Part shown: piece by piece, positions 1 to 10,013 of the stretch | Position numbering within the stretch: the first letter of the stretch is position 1 | Layout: each line of letters begins with the position of its first letter | NCBI GenBank assembly: GCA_007118145.1 | Contig: SKSD01000015.1 | Span: 11,268-75,267 of the forward strand | Source: Halobacteriales archaeon | GTDB lineage: Archaea; Halobacteriota; Halobacteria; Halobacteriales; SKSH01 | Length of the DNA stretch: 64,000 bases | Reading direction: 5' to 3' | Program-made: the position numbers and the translations under genes | The notes under the pieces: model-generated | Databases searched by the model: none | Seen by the model: the letters and a program-made list of their open reading frames with translations, nothing else | What the model was told of the DNA's origin: nothing

Positions 1-388
1 TATCAACGTGCCCGCACCTGACGAACAGGCTCGACGTGCCATCTTCGAGGTACACACCAGGGACAAGCCACTCGCGGAGGATGTCGATATCGATGAACTC
101 GCCGAACAGACCGAGGGTTATGTCGGTGCTGATATCGAGGCTGTCTGTCGTGAGGCAGCGATGGCAGCCAGTCGTGAGTTGATCAACACGGTCGACAAGG
201 GTGACATCCCCGAGAGTGTGAAAAATGCACGGATCAGTATGCAACACTTCGAGGATGCCCTCGATGCGGTCAGCCCGACCTATACCGAGGAGTTAAAGCG
301 TGCCTACGAACGGATCGAGGAACGTTTCACGACGTTACCCGAGGAGACCGACGAGCGGGCAGAGGGTATCCAGCGTACCTTCCACTGA
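1..388 (+). CDS. cdc48: CDC48/VCP-type AAA+ ATPase, C-terminal fragment (5' part outside window)
   Basis: The frame is open to the window edge. The segment ..VPAPDEQARRAIFEVHTRDKPLAEDVDIDELAEQTEGYVGADIEAVCREAAM.. is the typical D2 helical-lid region of archaeal CDC48, followed by an acidic tail. Confidence 0.85.
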   Translation, partial: INVPAPDEQARRAIFEVHTRDKPLAEDVDIDELAEQTEGYVGADIEAVCREAAMAASRELINTVDKGDIPESVKNARISMQHFEDALDAVSPTYTEELKRAYERIEERFTTLPEETDERAEGIQRTFH

Positions 389-418
389 TAGGTACGGTCT
401 GACTGTACACGGTTGGCT

Positions 419-1063
419 TCATCCCTCGAGCCCCTCGGCGGCCTCACGCTCGATCAATGCCTGGGCGTTCTCCTTCGGAAGTGAGACCACGTCACCACGT
501 TGCAGTTCATACTCACGCTCATCGATGCCGAAGATCGTCCCGACCTCAGCCGTGATACGCACGGTCAGGCGTTCGATCTCCTCCGATGTCTCGGATGTCT
601 CTGCTTCTGGCTGTGGAGAAGGTGATGAGTCCTCTGCTGTATCAGGCGTCTCGTCGAGAACCTCCTCAACGGAGACATCCTGTCCATCCCCGTGCAACGC
701 AGCCGCCTCGGTCTGACGGATCGCCTCGACGAGCGTCTCATAGAGCACCTCCTCCTCGGTGGTCAGGTCTGGACGTTCAGCGTCACCACTCAACGCGGCG
801 GTGGCAGCGTGTGTCAGCAGCTTCCCCACACGATTCTCGTAGATAGCCTGCAACACGCCGGTCGCTGACTCCAACCGATCGGAGAGCCGTGCCACCTCGG
901 GATCGGAAAACGGTGACTCACTCTCCTCTGCGAGTGCGTCACGTTCACTGCGCAGTCGCTCGATGAAGGTGCGTGCCTCTGCATAGAACGATGGACGTAA
1001 CGGCTGGATCGAACCGGTCTCGCGTTCGTCATCCCGAACGGATCTGAGTTCATCGAGGTTCAT
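419..1063 (-). CDS. ginS: GINS (Gins51-type) replication complex subunit
   Basis: 214-aa acidic protein with a helical N-terminal part and a beta-rich C-terminal tail (LTVRITAEVGTIFG..GDVVSLP). Its ATG overlaps the priS stop by 4 nt, matching the known archaeal priS-gins51 linkage. Confidence 0.65.
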   Translation of the reverse strand: MNLDELRSVRDDERETGSIQPLRPSFYAEARTFIERLRSERDALAEESESPFSDPEVARLSDRLESATGVLQAIYENRVGKLLTHAATAALSGDAERPDLTTEEEVLYETLVEAIRQTEAAALHGDGQDVSVEEVLDETPDTAEDSSPSPQPEAETSETSEEIERLTVRITAEVGTIFGIDEREYELQRGDVVSLPKENAQALIEREAAEGLEG

Positions 1064-2277
1064 TCTCTCACCTTCTCCGCTCGACCGCGAGCCATGAGAT
1101 AGATGCCCACGAACTCCGGGACGACCACCTCACCACGGGGGAGATCGAACGCGTCACCACCGAGTGTCACCGCTGTCGGTTCCCGTACGTCGATCGTGAT
1201 CTCGGCGGTGGTGAACGTCGGGGCCAGTGCATCGTCAAGCGGGTCGAACGTTTCGAGCTCATCACGCTCGACGGGCTGTACGACAAGACCCGAGGCACCA
1301 TGCAGGCTACCTGGGAGTCGTATGAGTCGGTGGATATCGGTCGTCACCGGTTCGTCGATTGCCGGACCAGACCCTGCCACCTTATGCTCAGCAAAGATAC
1401 GGACGAAACGGACGAAGTCAGGGTGGAGATCGATCTCGCCTGCCTCGACCGCGTCCCATCGGTTCTCCACCACCCGTGCGACCGATGCCGCCCGTGTGGC
1501 TCCGATACCGTCGAACGAACCGAGTCGCTCGATGACCTCATCGCTTGGCTTGTCCCTGAGGGGGGTGAGGTATTCAAGCAACTCCTGATGGACTCGTTGC
1601 CCCCAGCCACCAGCGGTATGGAGACGACGTCGCTCGGCCAAGCCCCCACGCCCGTGGATCGTCTCGGTCGAGACAAACGCGTCGAACACGAGGCCCTCGC
1701 CACGGATATACTCGACAAGTTCGCGTCGTGCTTCACGGGTGAGTGCGTCCACACCGCTATCGCGTATGTGTACGTGATACCCACGGTTTCCTGAGAAGAC
1801 AATCGAGATGTCCTCGAAGGCGAACTCGTGTTCGAGCATCCCGAGAAGGTCGAGTGTCTCTTGCTTACATGCGGTGAGCATCGCTGCATAGCTGTCCACA
1901 TCGGGATCGACACCAGGGAGGTGATCGGCATCGAGATCGAAGACAAGGTCCGCACCGCGCCACCCCTTTGCACCCATCACATCTGCACCTGGTTCGTCGT
2001 AATATGCCGTCGAATGATAGACATGTCGTGGCTGTTCTCTCGTGAGGAACTCGCCCAGACTATCACCCTCGACGAGCGTCTGGTGGCGAATCATCACCGA
2101 CCGTGAGCCCGAGGTGAAGGGGATGTATGCCCACTCGCGAGAGGTCGCCTGTGGTGGGAGGATAGGGGCATCTGGTGCGACCGTCTCGCGGGGTTGGCAC
2201 CGACGGTAGTAATCTCGAAAGCGTCCCCTGAGGTAGGACCTCGTCCGACTGTTCACGGCATGTAACCGAACGACCAA
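1060..2277 (-). CDS. priS: DNA primase small (catalytic) subunit PriS
   Basis: Motifs DLVFDLDADHLPG, VFSGNRGYHVHI and IRLPGSLHG are present. The start is ambiguous: TTG at 2277, or an in-frame GTG at 2256 just before RTRSYLRGRF. Confidence 0.9.
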   Translation of the reverse strand: MVVRLHAVNSRTRSYLRGRFRDYYRRCQPRETVAPDAPILPPQATSREWAYIPFTSGSRSVMIRHQTLVEGDSLGEFLTREQPRHVYHSTAYYDEPGADVMGAKGWRGADLVFDLDADHLPGVDPDVDSYAAMLTACKQETLDLLGMLEHEFAFEDISIVFSGNRGYHVHIRDSGVDALTREARRELVEYIRGEGLVFDAFVSTETIHGRGGLAERRRLHTAGGWGQRVHQELLEYLTPLRDKPSDEVIERLGSFDGIGATRAASVARVVENRWDAVEAGEIDLHPDFVRFVRIFAEHKVAGSGPAIDEPVTTDIHRLIRLPGSLHGASGLVVQPVERDELETFDPLDDALAPTFTTAEITIDVREPTAVTLGGDAFDLPRGEVVVPEFVGIYLMARGRAEKVRE

Positions 2278-2306
2278 GGCTCATAAAGGTCTGCCGGAGA
2301 AGTGGC

Positions 2307-2786
2307 TCACGATCCGACGTATTTTCGCAACCGGTCTGAAAGACTCGGTGGGTCACCTAGCCTGAGGTAGTATGCATCCCCACCGTCCTCGTAGTAGTTG
2401 TTGATGCGCTTGGTCACCTCGAAACCTATTCCTGTGTAAAACGCCAGAGCTTGCTCATTTGATCGACGGGCATGACAGGTGATCGAATCGTACTCCTCAG
2501 CGACAGCCGCGACCAATCGTCTCCCAAATCCCAGACCGCGATATTCCGGATCAACCGCCAGAAAGAGTAGATAACCGTCCGGTCGGGTGGCTGCGAATCC
2601 GATCAATGACTCATCCTCACCGAGGAGCAGATGTACCCGAGCACGACGGTAGGCTCGGGTGAAAAATCCTCGCCGTTGTTTCAACACACCCTCTTTCATA
2701 CGGATGCGCTCTTTGAGACGCCACGCTTGTGATAGAAAGGCGTCATCACCGCGATCGATCACCCTGAGCTCGACCGGTACGCTCAC
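2307..2786 (-). CDS. GNAT family N-acetyltransferase
   Basis: Acetyl-CoA binding motif YRGLGFGRRLV. 159 aa with a GTG start, lying 30 nt upstream of priS on the same strand. Confidence 0.8.
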   Translation of the reverse strand: MSVPVELRVIDRGDDAFLSQAWRLKERIRMKEGVLKQRRGFFTRAYRRARVHLLLGEDESLIGFAATRPDGYLLFLAVDPEYRGLGFGRRLVAAVAEEYDSITCHARRSNEQALAFYTGIGFEVTKRINNYYEDGGDAYYLRLGDPPSLSDRLRKYVGS

Positions 2787-2874
2787 TGGCGAGATATAAG
2801 GGAGATATCCTTAATAAGTTACCCTCCCATCTCCGGTCAGTATTTGTTGTCTGTCTGCGCAGTACCTACGCACG

Positions 2875-3288
2875 ATGGCGTTCGAGTTACGCGAGCATAC
2901 GGCCGACGTGGCAGTTGAGGCATGGGGTGACACCATCGGTGATGTCTTCGCGTCGGTGGCTGACGGGATGGCTGCCTGTATGTACGAAAACCCGCCAGCA
3001 GACATCGGTGAACGTTTCGATCTCGAGGTGACAGCAGAGTCACAAGAGGCGCTCTTGTTCGACTATCTCGATCGGCTCATCTTCGAACGCGACGTACGTG
3101 ATGTGCTGCCCGTCGATAACGAAGCAGAGGTGGCCGGCGAAGCAGAGGTGTGGACGGTCAACGCATCGGCACGAGGTATCCCGCTCTCTGAGATCTCAGC
3201 TCGCGAGGTGAAGGCTGTCACCTACGCTGAGATGGCCCTCGAGCAGACTGATGATGGATGGCGGGCATACGTCGTCTTCGATGTGTGA
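2875..3288 (+). CDS. archease
   Basis: N-terminus MAFELREHTADVAVEAWG and VKAVTYAEM near the C-terminus, 137 aa. This is the typical archease pattern. Confidence 0.85.
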   Translation: MAFELREHTADVAVEAWGDTIGDVFASVADGMAACMYENPPADIGERFDLEVTAESQEALLFDYLDRLIFERDVRDVLPVDNEAEVAGEAEVWTVNASARGIPLSEISAREVKAVTYAEMALEQTDDGWRAYVVFDV

Positions 3289-3311
3289 GCTGACAGGGAT
3301 GATTCGGCCGA

Positions 3312-3842
3312 TCAGAGCGGGATGCCAACGCCGAAAAGCACGATTACGGCGATAATCGCGCTCGGGATGAACACGATGAGGAACACACCACGGTGCCACG
3401 CCCAGACGGTTCGACCATCGAGTGGGCCGAGGGGTAACATATTGAACGCAGCCAAGAGTGCGTTGATCCAGACACCGAAGAGACCGATCGTCTGCACTGC
3501 TCCGATCGGGGCGAAAAGTAACATCCCAAACACACCGAGTAATCCGAGGTTGGTCACCGGACCGGCAAGAGCGACCAACCCGTGGATCCGCTTGTCCGGT
3601 GGACCACGGTGATGGACCGCACCTGGTGCGGCGAAGAGAAAACCAATGATACCACTCATCACGGTCAGGAAGAGAAGGCTGTAATCAGCACGAAACACAG
3701 CGGGTCGACCATACCTGAGGGCGACGTACTTATGTGCGAGTTCATGGAGGAGGAATCCCACACCCGCTGTCAGCATGCATATCGCAAAGAGCACAATCGC
3801 GTTGACTGGTCGCTCAAGGATGGCGGGTCTGCCGATGAACAT
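3312..3842 (-). CDS. site-2-protease-like (M50) membrane metalloprotease
   Basis: HELAHKY (HExxH) sits in a TM helix, with FNMLPLGPLDG (NxxPxxxLDG) also present. The protein is polytopic and hydrophobic. Confidence 0.8.
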   Translation of the reverse strand: MFIGRPAILERPVNAIVLFAICMLTAGVGFLLHELAHKYVALRYGRPAVFRADYSLLFLTVMSGIIGFLFAAPGAVHHRGPPDKRIHGLVALAGPVTNLGLLGVFGMLLFAPIGAVQTIGLFGVWINALLAAFNMLPLGPLDGRTVWAWHRGVFLIVFIPSAIIAVIVLFGVGIPL

Positions 3843-3910
3843 CGTGAAGGCGAAGCCGAGGGCGATCCATGCGATGGCAAGATCGCGAAGCTCGGTCCGG
3901 TCGAACGAGA

Positions 3911-5206
3911 TCAGGTGAGTACCCCCCTGACCATCTCGAGACTATTCCTGGCTCCTTCGATCAGCATCGAGCCGAGCCCGCTGATCCCGCCCACCTCGGG
4001 TGCGAGCCACGGGAGCACGACGAAGGGAAAGAGGAAGGTGGCGATCATGCTGCCGATATTGGTCATGGCCACCACGGCGATCAACCGGAACAGTGGCACC
4101 TGGTTGAGCTCATGAAGGAGCTCTCTCGGCCCTTTGGTCTCATCAGCGAGCAACTCGTTCAACGTCTTGATATCCGCCACGTTCACGGGTCGTGTTCGTA
4201 ACTCGACATAGCCGGCGAACCACCCAGGTGCTAGCAATGGGTTGATACTCGTCAGCCATGCGACGCCACCACCGACACCAGCACTCGTCCATTTTGCACC
4301 TGCGAGCTTGGCGAGAGTGAACGCGAAGATACCGTTGAAGAGGAACCACGCGATGAAGAGTCGCAACAAGAAGGTGTCATCTGCACCGGCCATGACGAGC
4401 AGGAAGAAGAAACCGATGACCGCGATCGAGACGAGGTACGCCCCGATGCGGACGATCGAGAATCGACGGCGAGGTACGGTGACGAGACTTTCGACCGATG
4501 GCAGGGTCGCAGGTGACTCGAGATACGACCTGATACCACGCTCGTGCCCCTTGCCGACGACGGCCACGACGTCCTTCCCCTGTGACTGGAGTGTGAGCAG
4601 GTGATGTGCAATATAGGCATCCCGCTCGTCAATCAACGCCTGCGCGCCGCCAGGGCTGAAGCGTCTGAACTCTTCGAGTAAGGCAGTCACCACGTCGATA
4701 TCGGTGAGTCGACCATCCTCCTCGAGGAACTCCAATTCATCCACAGAAGCACCGCCCCTGGTGAAGCCGACTATCCCGAGCAGGAGTCCACCGACGAACC
4801 GTAACTTCTCGAAAAATCGCATCTTGTGCCAGAACCGCTGGATGGTGACCTGGATGTCGCGGTCGACCAGCGCGACTGGGAGGGTGCGTGCCTCGGCTTC
4901 CTCGATGGCAGCCTTCATATCCGCACCTGGGGTGATATCGAAGCGCTCCCCGAGTCGTGCCTGGATGTACGAGAGCATCCAGTAGGTGAGTAATTGGGCC
5001 ACCGTGCCACCCTTGAGGAGATCGCGTGGGTCGAGGTCGTCGGGTGTGTCGCCTCTGAGTTGTCGGTAGCGACCCTCGTCGAGTTCTACGGCCACGATAT
5101 CGGGATCGACCTCATCGATGGTCGTCCTCACCTCCTCGACGCTGTGTGCCGAGACGTGTGCAGTCCCGACGATCGTAATCGAGCCACGCTCCTCCCTGCC
5201 AGACAT
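3911..5206 (-). CDS. TraB/PrgY family protein with C-terminal membrane domain
   Basis: ITIVGTAHVSAHSVEEV is a TraB-type N-terminus, GKGHERG follows, and the C-terminal third is hydrophobic. 431 aa. Confidence 0.8.
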   Translation of the reverse strand: MSGREERGSITIVGTAHVSAHSVEEVRTTIDEVDPDIVAVELDEGRYRQLRGDTPDDLDPRDLLKGGTVAQLLTYWMLSYIQARLGERFDITPGADMKAAIEEAEARTLPVALVDRDIQVTIQRFWHKMRFFEKLRFVGGLLLGIVGFTRGGASVDELEFLEEDGRLTDIDVVTALLEEFRRFSPGGAQALIDERDAYIAHHLLTLQSQGKDVVAVVGKGHERGIRSYLESPATLPSVESLVTVPRRRFSIVRIGAYLVSIAVIGFFFLLVMAGADDTFLLRLFIAWFLFNGIFAFTLAKLAGAKWTSAGVGGGVAWLTSINPLLAPGWFAGYVELRTRPVNVADIKTLNELLADETKGPRELLHELNQVPLFRLIAVVAMTNIGSMIATFLFPFVVLPWLAPEVGGISGLGSMLIEGARNSLEMVRGVLT

Positions 5207-5291
5207 CGTCAGCGATGACTCGGCGGTCGCCGCATTTAAGTCGGGCGATGCGACCGACCGTTTCTTGGCGCGTCAAAGCGCAGAGGTGTCC

Positions 5292-5777
5292 ATGGTGGAA
5301 TCCACCCGACTCCGAGACTCGTACACCGAGATGACGGAGGTGTTACTCCCCAACGACACGAACAACTTCGGGCGGGCGCTGGGGGGAGCCGTCTTGCACT
5401 GGATGGACATCTGCGGTGCGATCGCAGCCATGCGTTTCGCCAACAGGCAGTGTGTGACCGCGGCGATGGATCACGTCGAGTTCATCACACCCATCGAACA
5501 AGGTGAGATCGTCGTCCTCGAGGGATACGTCTATGAGACGGGGCGTACGAGCCTCGAGGTCGTCGTCGACGTGCATGCGGAGGCACCTGAGGTCGGTGAC
5601 GATAGACGAGAGACGACCAGTTCATTCTTCACCTTCGTCGCGATCGATGGCGAGGGTCGTCCCACACCCGTACCCGACGTTTCCTGTGAGAGTGATGAGG
5701 AGCACGAACTGCGAGATGATGCCATCGAGCGGAGACAATCCCGGCGTGAAGCACTCCTGTCAGAGACCGGCGACTGA
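5292..5777 (+). CDS. acyl-CoA thioesterase (hotdog fold)
   Basis: LPNDTNNFGRALGGAVLHWMDICGAIAA is the YciA/Acot-like signature. I chose the ATG at 5292 because the upstream in-frame extension overlaps the TraB start. Confidence 0.8.
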   Translation: MVESTRLRDSYTEMTEVLLPNDTNNFGRALGGAVLHWMDICGAIAAMRFANRQCVTAAMDHVEFITPIEQGEIVVLEGYVYETGRTSLEVVVDVHAEAPEVGDDRRETTSSFFTFVAIDGEGRPTPVPDVSCESDEEHELRDDAIERRQSRREALLSETGD

Positions 5778-5833
5778 CCTGACCGGTCGGCGGTATCGTA
5801 GCATTCACCTCAGGTCCACCCGTTGGTCGTGAC

Positions 5834-6277
5834 ATGACACTCGAGGTCGAGCCACCCTCACCACCGCGGATTGTCGACACTGAACCGACCTCGAACGATG
5901 ATGACCAGTATCTCAGGGGTCAGATTCAACTCAGTCTCGAGGATGGAGCCTGGGAAGAGGCGTTCAGCGAGTGGGCAGCCGACACAGAGATGGACGCACA
6001 GGAGTTCGCTATCGCCACCGACCTCGGTCTCTTCGAGCAGTTCGACTTCTTCTGGGATGATTTCGCCACACGTGTGGGATACAACGCGCCAGGCATACCT
6101 GAAGATTGGAAGGAACGCGAGTATCACCGCGAACTATCCACCTGGAAGCAGGTCTCATCGATCAATGCCGGACTCGCCGAGCTCGGTCAGGTGGTCTGTG
6201 ATGTGCTCAAAGAGCGATATCTCGATGTCGAGGTATCAGACTTCGGTGAGGGCCTCGACCTTCCCGACTTCGAGTGA
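5834..6277 (+). CDS. hypothetical acidic cytoplasmic protein
   Basis: 147 aa, very acidic, with coding-like codon usage and an ATG start. I recognise no family. Confidence 0.55.
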   Translation: MTLEVEPPSPPRIVDTEPTSNDDDQYLRGQIQLSLEDGAWEEAFSEWAADTEMDAQEFAIATDLGLFEQFDFFWDDFATRVGYNAPGIPEDWKEREYHRELSTWKQVSSINAGLAELGQVVCDVLKERYLDVEVSDFGEGLDLPDFE

Positions 6278-6306
6278 CCGCACAGGTGTGAGGATGACCA
6301 CGAGAT

Positions 6307-6867
6307 TCAGGCGACACGTGCTATCACGACGAACGTCTCCGGTCGTGTAGCCGTCTCGACAATGTGATAACCAGCCGTCTGTAGCTGGTCGACCGCCATT
6401 TTGACATTGTACCGCTCATCGAGTGCAGGTCCCGATTCGCCACTCCCGTCGCGTGTCCAATCGATGGCCACCAAGAGACCATCAGGTTGTAATACCCGCT
6501 TTACTTCAGCGTGAGCAGCCGGTGTAGCATATTCGTGGAACGTCATCGTGGAGAACGCCACCGATACAGACCCACTCGCGATGGGGAGGTGATCGATTGA
6601 TGAGGCGACCGGATGCACGTTTGAGGGTGGTGAGTTTTTCAGTAATAGCTCGAGCATCTCCGGTTGGATATCGACGGCGATGATCCGGTCAACGAACCTG
6701 GCGATATCGTTGGTGAAAAATCCCGTCCCACACCCAAGATCGAGGACGGTCCCTTTAGGACCCTCGAGGATGGCATCTGCGAGCTCCTCGCGAGAGCAGT
6801 ACCGATAGCGCCCGGGGTCGTCAAGCGCAGCCGCACGTTCGAGCGGGTAGGTGTGAAATCCCATCAT
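6307..6867 (-). CDS. class I SAM-dependent methyltransferase
   Basis: Motif I VLDLGCGTGFFT. The start is taken at MMGFH (6867) because the longer ORF overlaps the upstream gene. Confidence 0.8.
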   Translation of the reverse strand: MMGFHTYPLERAAALDDPGRYRYCSREELADAILEGPKGTVLDLGCGTGFFTNDIARFVDRIIAVDIQPEMLELLLKNSPPSNVHPVASSIDHLPIASGSVSVAFSTMTFHEYATPAAHAEVKRVLQPDGLLVAIDWTRDGSGESGPALDERYNVKMAVDQLQTAGYHIVETATRPETFVVIARVA

Positions 6868-6920
6868 CCGTTCCTCAGAAGGTGATGCGATAAACCCGGC
6901 GAAGAACGACTGAAACCACC

Positions 6921-7901
6921 TCAGGCAAGAAGTGGGAGTACCTCGTCGCCGAGGCGGTGGATACACCTACGCATCCGCTCCGTCCCGATACCCGGGTAAT
7001 AGGTACGGAGGATGACATGCACGTCTGCACCGAGCCTCGCCTCGATCCGTTCGAGATCGTCCGCGACCGTCTCAGCGTTGCCGATGATGGCACGTTCCCT
7101 CAACTCAGCACGTCGATCGGGGGCTAGCTCGTCGATCGGCTCACCGGCGTACCAGCTCGCATATGTGCGCTGGAGGTAGAGGTACCCATCACGCATCGCC
7201 GCCCACGCTGTGTCAGCATCGTCATCGATGAAACCGTGGCGGAGCACGTACACCTGGAAGGGCCGCTCGATTCCCTCGGTCTCCCTGACACGGTGTATGT
7301 CCTCGACACGGACAGTGATGGCATCGAGATCGAGCGACGATGGTGCGATCCAGCCGTCTGCATGCCTTGCTGCACGTCGAACCGCTGGCTTGGCTGAGCC
7401 ACCTAACAAGATCGGTGGGCCACGACCGGCTGGTGGCGGGGTGATCGGATACTCGAGTGATTCGTTCGACTCAGACCATGCCGATCGAGCCAGTTCGATC
7501 ACGTCCATCGTTCGCTCGACACGGGTGGATTTGTCCAGCCCGAATCCATCGAACTCCTCATCGCGGTACCCGATCGAGAGCCCGAGGTGCATCCGGCCAT
7601 CGGAGATGAGATCGACCGTCGCCGCGTCCTCAACGATACGGATCGGGTCGTACAGTGGTGCAAGCGCGATACAGGTGCCAATAGAGACAGACGACGTGAC
7701 CGCGGCTAGCGCACCCAGAGACGGCATCGTCCCAGAGAGATAGCCATCTTCTGCGAAGTGGTGCTCCGAGACCCATGCGCTGTCCAGCCCAGCCTCTTCG
7801 ATGCTCCCCCCGAGTGCGAGCATCTCGTCGTAGATCTCACTGAACGACCGCTCGTCGTCTGGTCTGCGTTGACAGGTGAACAACCCGGTCCCGACCTCCA
7901 T
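6921..7901 (-). CDS. LLM-class (luciferase-like) flavin/F420-dependent oxidoreductase
   Basis: SAWVSEHHF and GRMHLGLSIGYR are patterns typical of luciferase-like monooxygenases. 326 aa. Confidence 0.75.
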   Translation of the reverse strand: MEVGTGLFTCQRRPDDERSFSEIYDEMLALGGSIEEAGLDSAWVSEHHFAEDGYLSGTMPSLGALAAVTSSVSIGTCIALAPLYDPIRIVEDAATVDLISDGRMHLGLSIGYRDEEFDGFGLDKSTRVERTMDVIELARSAWSESNESLEYPITPPPAGRGPPILLGGSAKPAVRRAARHADGWIAPSSLDLDAITVRVEDIHRVRETEGIERPFQVYVLRHGFIDDDADTAWAAMRDGYLYLQRTYASWYAGEPIDELAPDRRAELRERAIIGNAETVADDLERIEARLGADVHVILRTYYPGIGTERMRRCIHRLGDEVLPLLA

Positions 7902-7948
7902 ACTAGTTCAGACGCGCCTCGCGGTAGGAAAAGCCGTTACGGTTGGCT

Positions 7949-9073
7949 TCAGGCCCGGTCGATGATGACGTGACCGTCGGTGACCTCAGCGACGACGCCG
8001 TCGATCGATGCGTGGTGATAGTTGCTGATACCCTCTGCGGGCTCGGCCACGACATCGCCAACGGACACCTCGTCACCCGCCGAGACGGTCGGTTCCGATG
8101 GTGTGACGATCCCCTCGAAATCCGGGTTGGTGATCAACGGGATGAATACCTGCTCTGGCTCGAGTCGCTCGGTCGGTTCTCGCTCGTCATCGGGTGAGGT
8201 CCACTCCCGAGCCTCGAGTACGTTGATCCGTCCATCGCCGAAGGTGTTGTCATCTGCGACATCTCGGTCAAGGACAAGCAAAGCATTGGTACGCTTCGTG
8301 ATGCCGAAGTCCTCCGGCTCGAGGTCGCACTCGAAACACCAGCCAGGGCCACCATCGGCGAGGATGGCATCGTCTGGAATCTCACCACCCTCGAGGCCTG
8401 CAGCCTCGAGCACGTCGACCGCCGGCGTGCCCACAGGCACCTCGAGGAACCGATGGTTCGGTACGTCACCGCCAGCATGCACCCATTTTGTCGTCACAGG
8501 TTGACCGTTCTCCAGTGCCTGTTGGATGTTGTACAACGTCTCGGTGTTTTGGACGATGAACTCGTGATCCATGGGTAGGTCGCGACCGATGATCGTGTCG
8601 GCGACCATGTTCAGCAAGACACTCTCCATGCCGAGTTGGTAGGTGTCGGCGGTGTAGGCATACACAACACCATCCTCATCATCAGCATCGATGGGGAGAT
8701 CATCAGGATGGTAGATGACCCCAGGCGCAAGCTCCTCGAGTGGCCCCATCCACTCCTCGCGATTTTTCTCCTTGGCACCGATGACGACCGTCTGTATGAG
8801 CTCACCGAGAAGTGCGTCGAACAGGTCGGCAAATGTGTCAGGGTACTCCTTAGCCAGCCACTTGTCGATGTAGTAGTTCGGCTCGCTCTCCTGGTGATTG
8901 ACCATGAGATGGTCGACCTCATCGATGCGTTGCCACTTCGCATAACTTGGAAAGCCAGCACCACCGGCTCCCGAGATACCAGCCTGCTGGATAACGTCGG
9001 CGATATTCGAGAGGTCGGCGGTCGCTGTCGAAGCTTCGTCGTCGCTCATAGGTTCACCGGAAGGTTCGCTCAC
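7949..9073 (-). CDS. RnfC/NuoF-like protein (51K-type nucleotide-binding plus SLBB domains, no Fe-S cysteines)
   Basis: GISGAGGAGFPSYAKW is a 51K/RnfC-type glycine motif. LEVPVGTPAVDVLEAAGLEGG is SLBB-like. The C-terminal VSVGDVVAEP..HASIDGVVAEV resembles a barrel-sandwich hybrid. GTG start, with an alternative ATG at 9049. Confidence 0.6.
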   Translation of the reverse strand: MSEPSGEPMSDDEASTATADLSNIADVIQQAGISGAGGAGFPSYAKWQRIDEVDHLMVNHQESEPNYYIDKWLAKEYPDTFADLFDALLGELIQTVVIGAKEKNREEWMGPLEELAPGVIYHPDDLPIDADDEDGVVYAYTADTYQLGMESVLLNMVADTIIGRDLPMDHEFIVQNTETLYNIQQALENGQPVTTKWVHAGGDVPNHRFLEVPVGTPAVDVLEAAGLEGGEIPDDAILADGGPGWCFECDLEPEDFGITKRTNALLVLDRDVADDNTFGDGRINVLEAREWTSPDDEREPTERLEPEQVFIPLITNPDFEGIVTPSEPTVSAGDEVSVGDVVAEPAEGISNYHHASIDGVVAEVTDGHVIIDRA

Positions 9074-9155
9074 GCCGTCAATAACTGTACCGAAAGTATC
9101 GAGTTACCGGTGCCACAGGCCTTATGGATGTTGGGCCACATACCCAACTCCAGAC

Positions 9156-9542
9156 ATGGACAGCGAGTCGACCGAACAGTGGAAAGAGATCCTCACGGAA
9201 GAGGAGTACCACATCCTACGCGAGCGTGGTACCGAACCAAAGTTCAGTGGTGAGTACCTCGATGTCTGGGACGATGGGACGTATCGGTGTGCGGGGTGCG
9301 GTGCTGAGTTGTTCCCATCAGAGACGAAATTCGAGGCTGACCACGGATGGCCGAGCTTCTTCGATGCCATCGAAGAGAACATCGAGTATCGACGTGACAG
9401 TCGCCATGGAATGGACCGAATCGAGGTGGTCTGTGCCAAGTGCGATGGACATCTCGGTCACGTCTTCGATGACGGGCCGGAACCAACCGGTAAGCGATTT
9501 TGTATCAACTCAGTCGCGCTCGATTTCGAGCGTGAAGAATGA
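9156..9542 (+). CDS. msrB: peptide-methionine (R)-S-oxide reductase
   Basis: Two CxxC pairs (CAGCGAELF, CAKCDGHLGHVF) and the GWPSF and RFCINS motifs. Confidence 0.9.
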   Translation: MDSESTEQWKEILTEEEYHILRERGTEPKFSGEYLDVWDDGTYRCAGCGAELFPSETKFEADHGWPSFFDAIEENIEYRRDSRHGMDRIEVVCAKCDGHLGHVFDDGPEPTGKRFCINSVALDFEREE

Positions 9543-9743
9543 GGGACGGCTCGGTCTGACGGACACGACGGTCGTATCCGCCTGGATTCTATCGTCACAA
9601 GGGGCTCGGTGGGGGTAACTCTCGTCATCGCCGCCCCCTCACACTGAGTTATGGCAGGCGTGAAAAAGGCAGTTTCGCCATGATAACGCCTATCGGTGGC
9701 CGATGTCAGCATGTATTAATCGGACTGTCACCTCTATTCGACT

Positions 9744-9977
9744 ATGGGCCGACTTGACTGGTTCCGACTTGAGGGAGATACGCCCAAAGAGCGTATCAAG
9801 CAAAACCCTCTTCAGTTACTCGTGTTGGTCCTTATCGTCTGGTTCTTCGCCATCGGCATCTACGTCTCGATGGTGGGATGGCTCGGTGAATTCTGGACGG
9901 CCGTGCTCATGATCCTCACCGCTCTCGCAGCGGGGCTTCACATCCGTCGTTTCATGGTCTCACCGCCCAAGCAGTGA
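9744..9977 (+). CDS. small two-TM membrane protein, hypothetical
   Basis: 77 aa with two clear hydrophobic helices and an ATG start. Confidence 0.5.
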   Translation: MGRLDWFRLEGDTPKERIKQNPLQLLVLVLIVWFFAIGIYVSMVGWLGEFWTAVLMILTALAAGLHIRRFMVSPPKQ

Positions 9978-10013
9978 CCACATCGTCGTGGACTTCGTCG
10001 ATATCGACAACCC

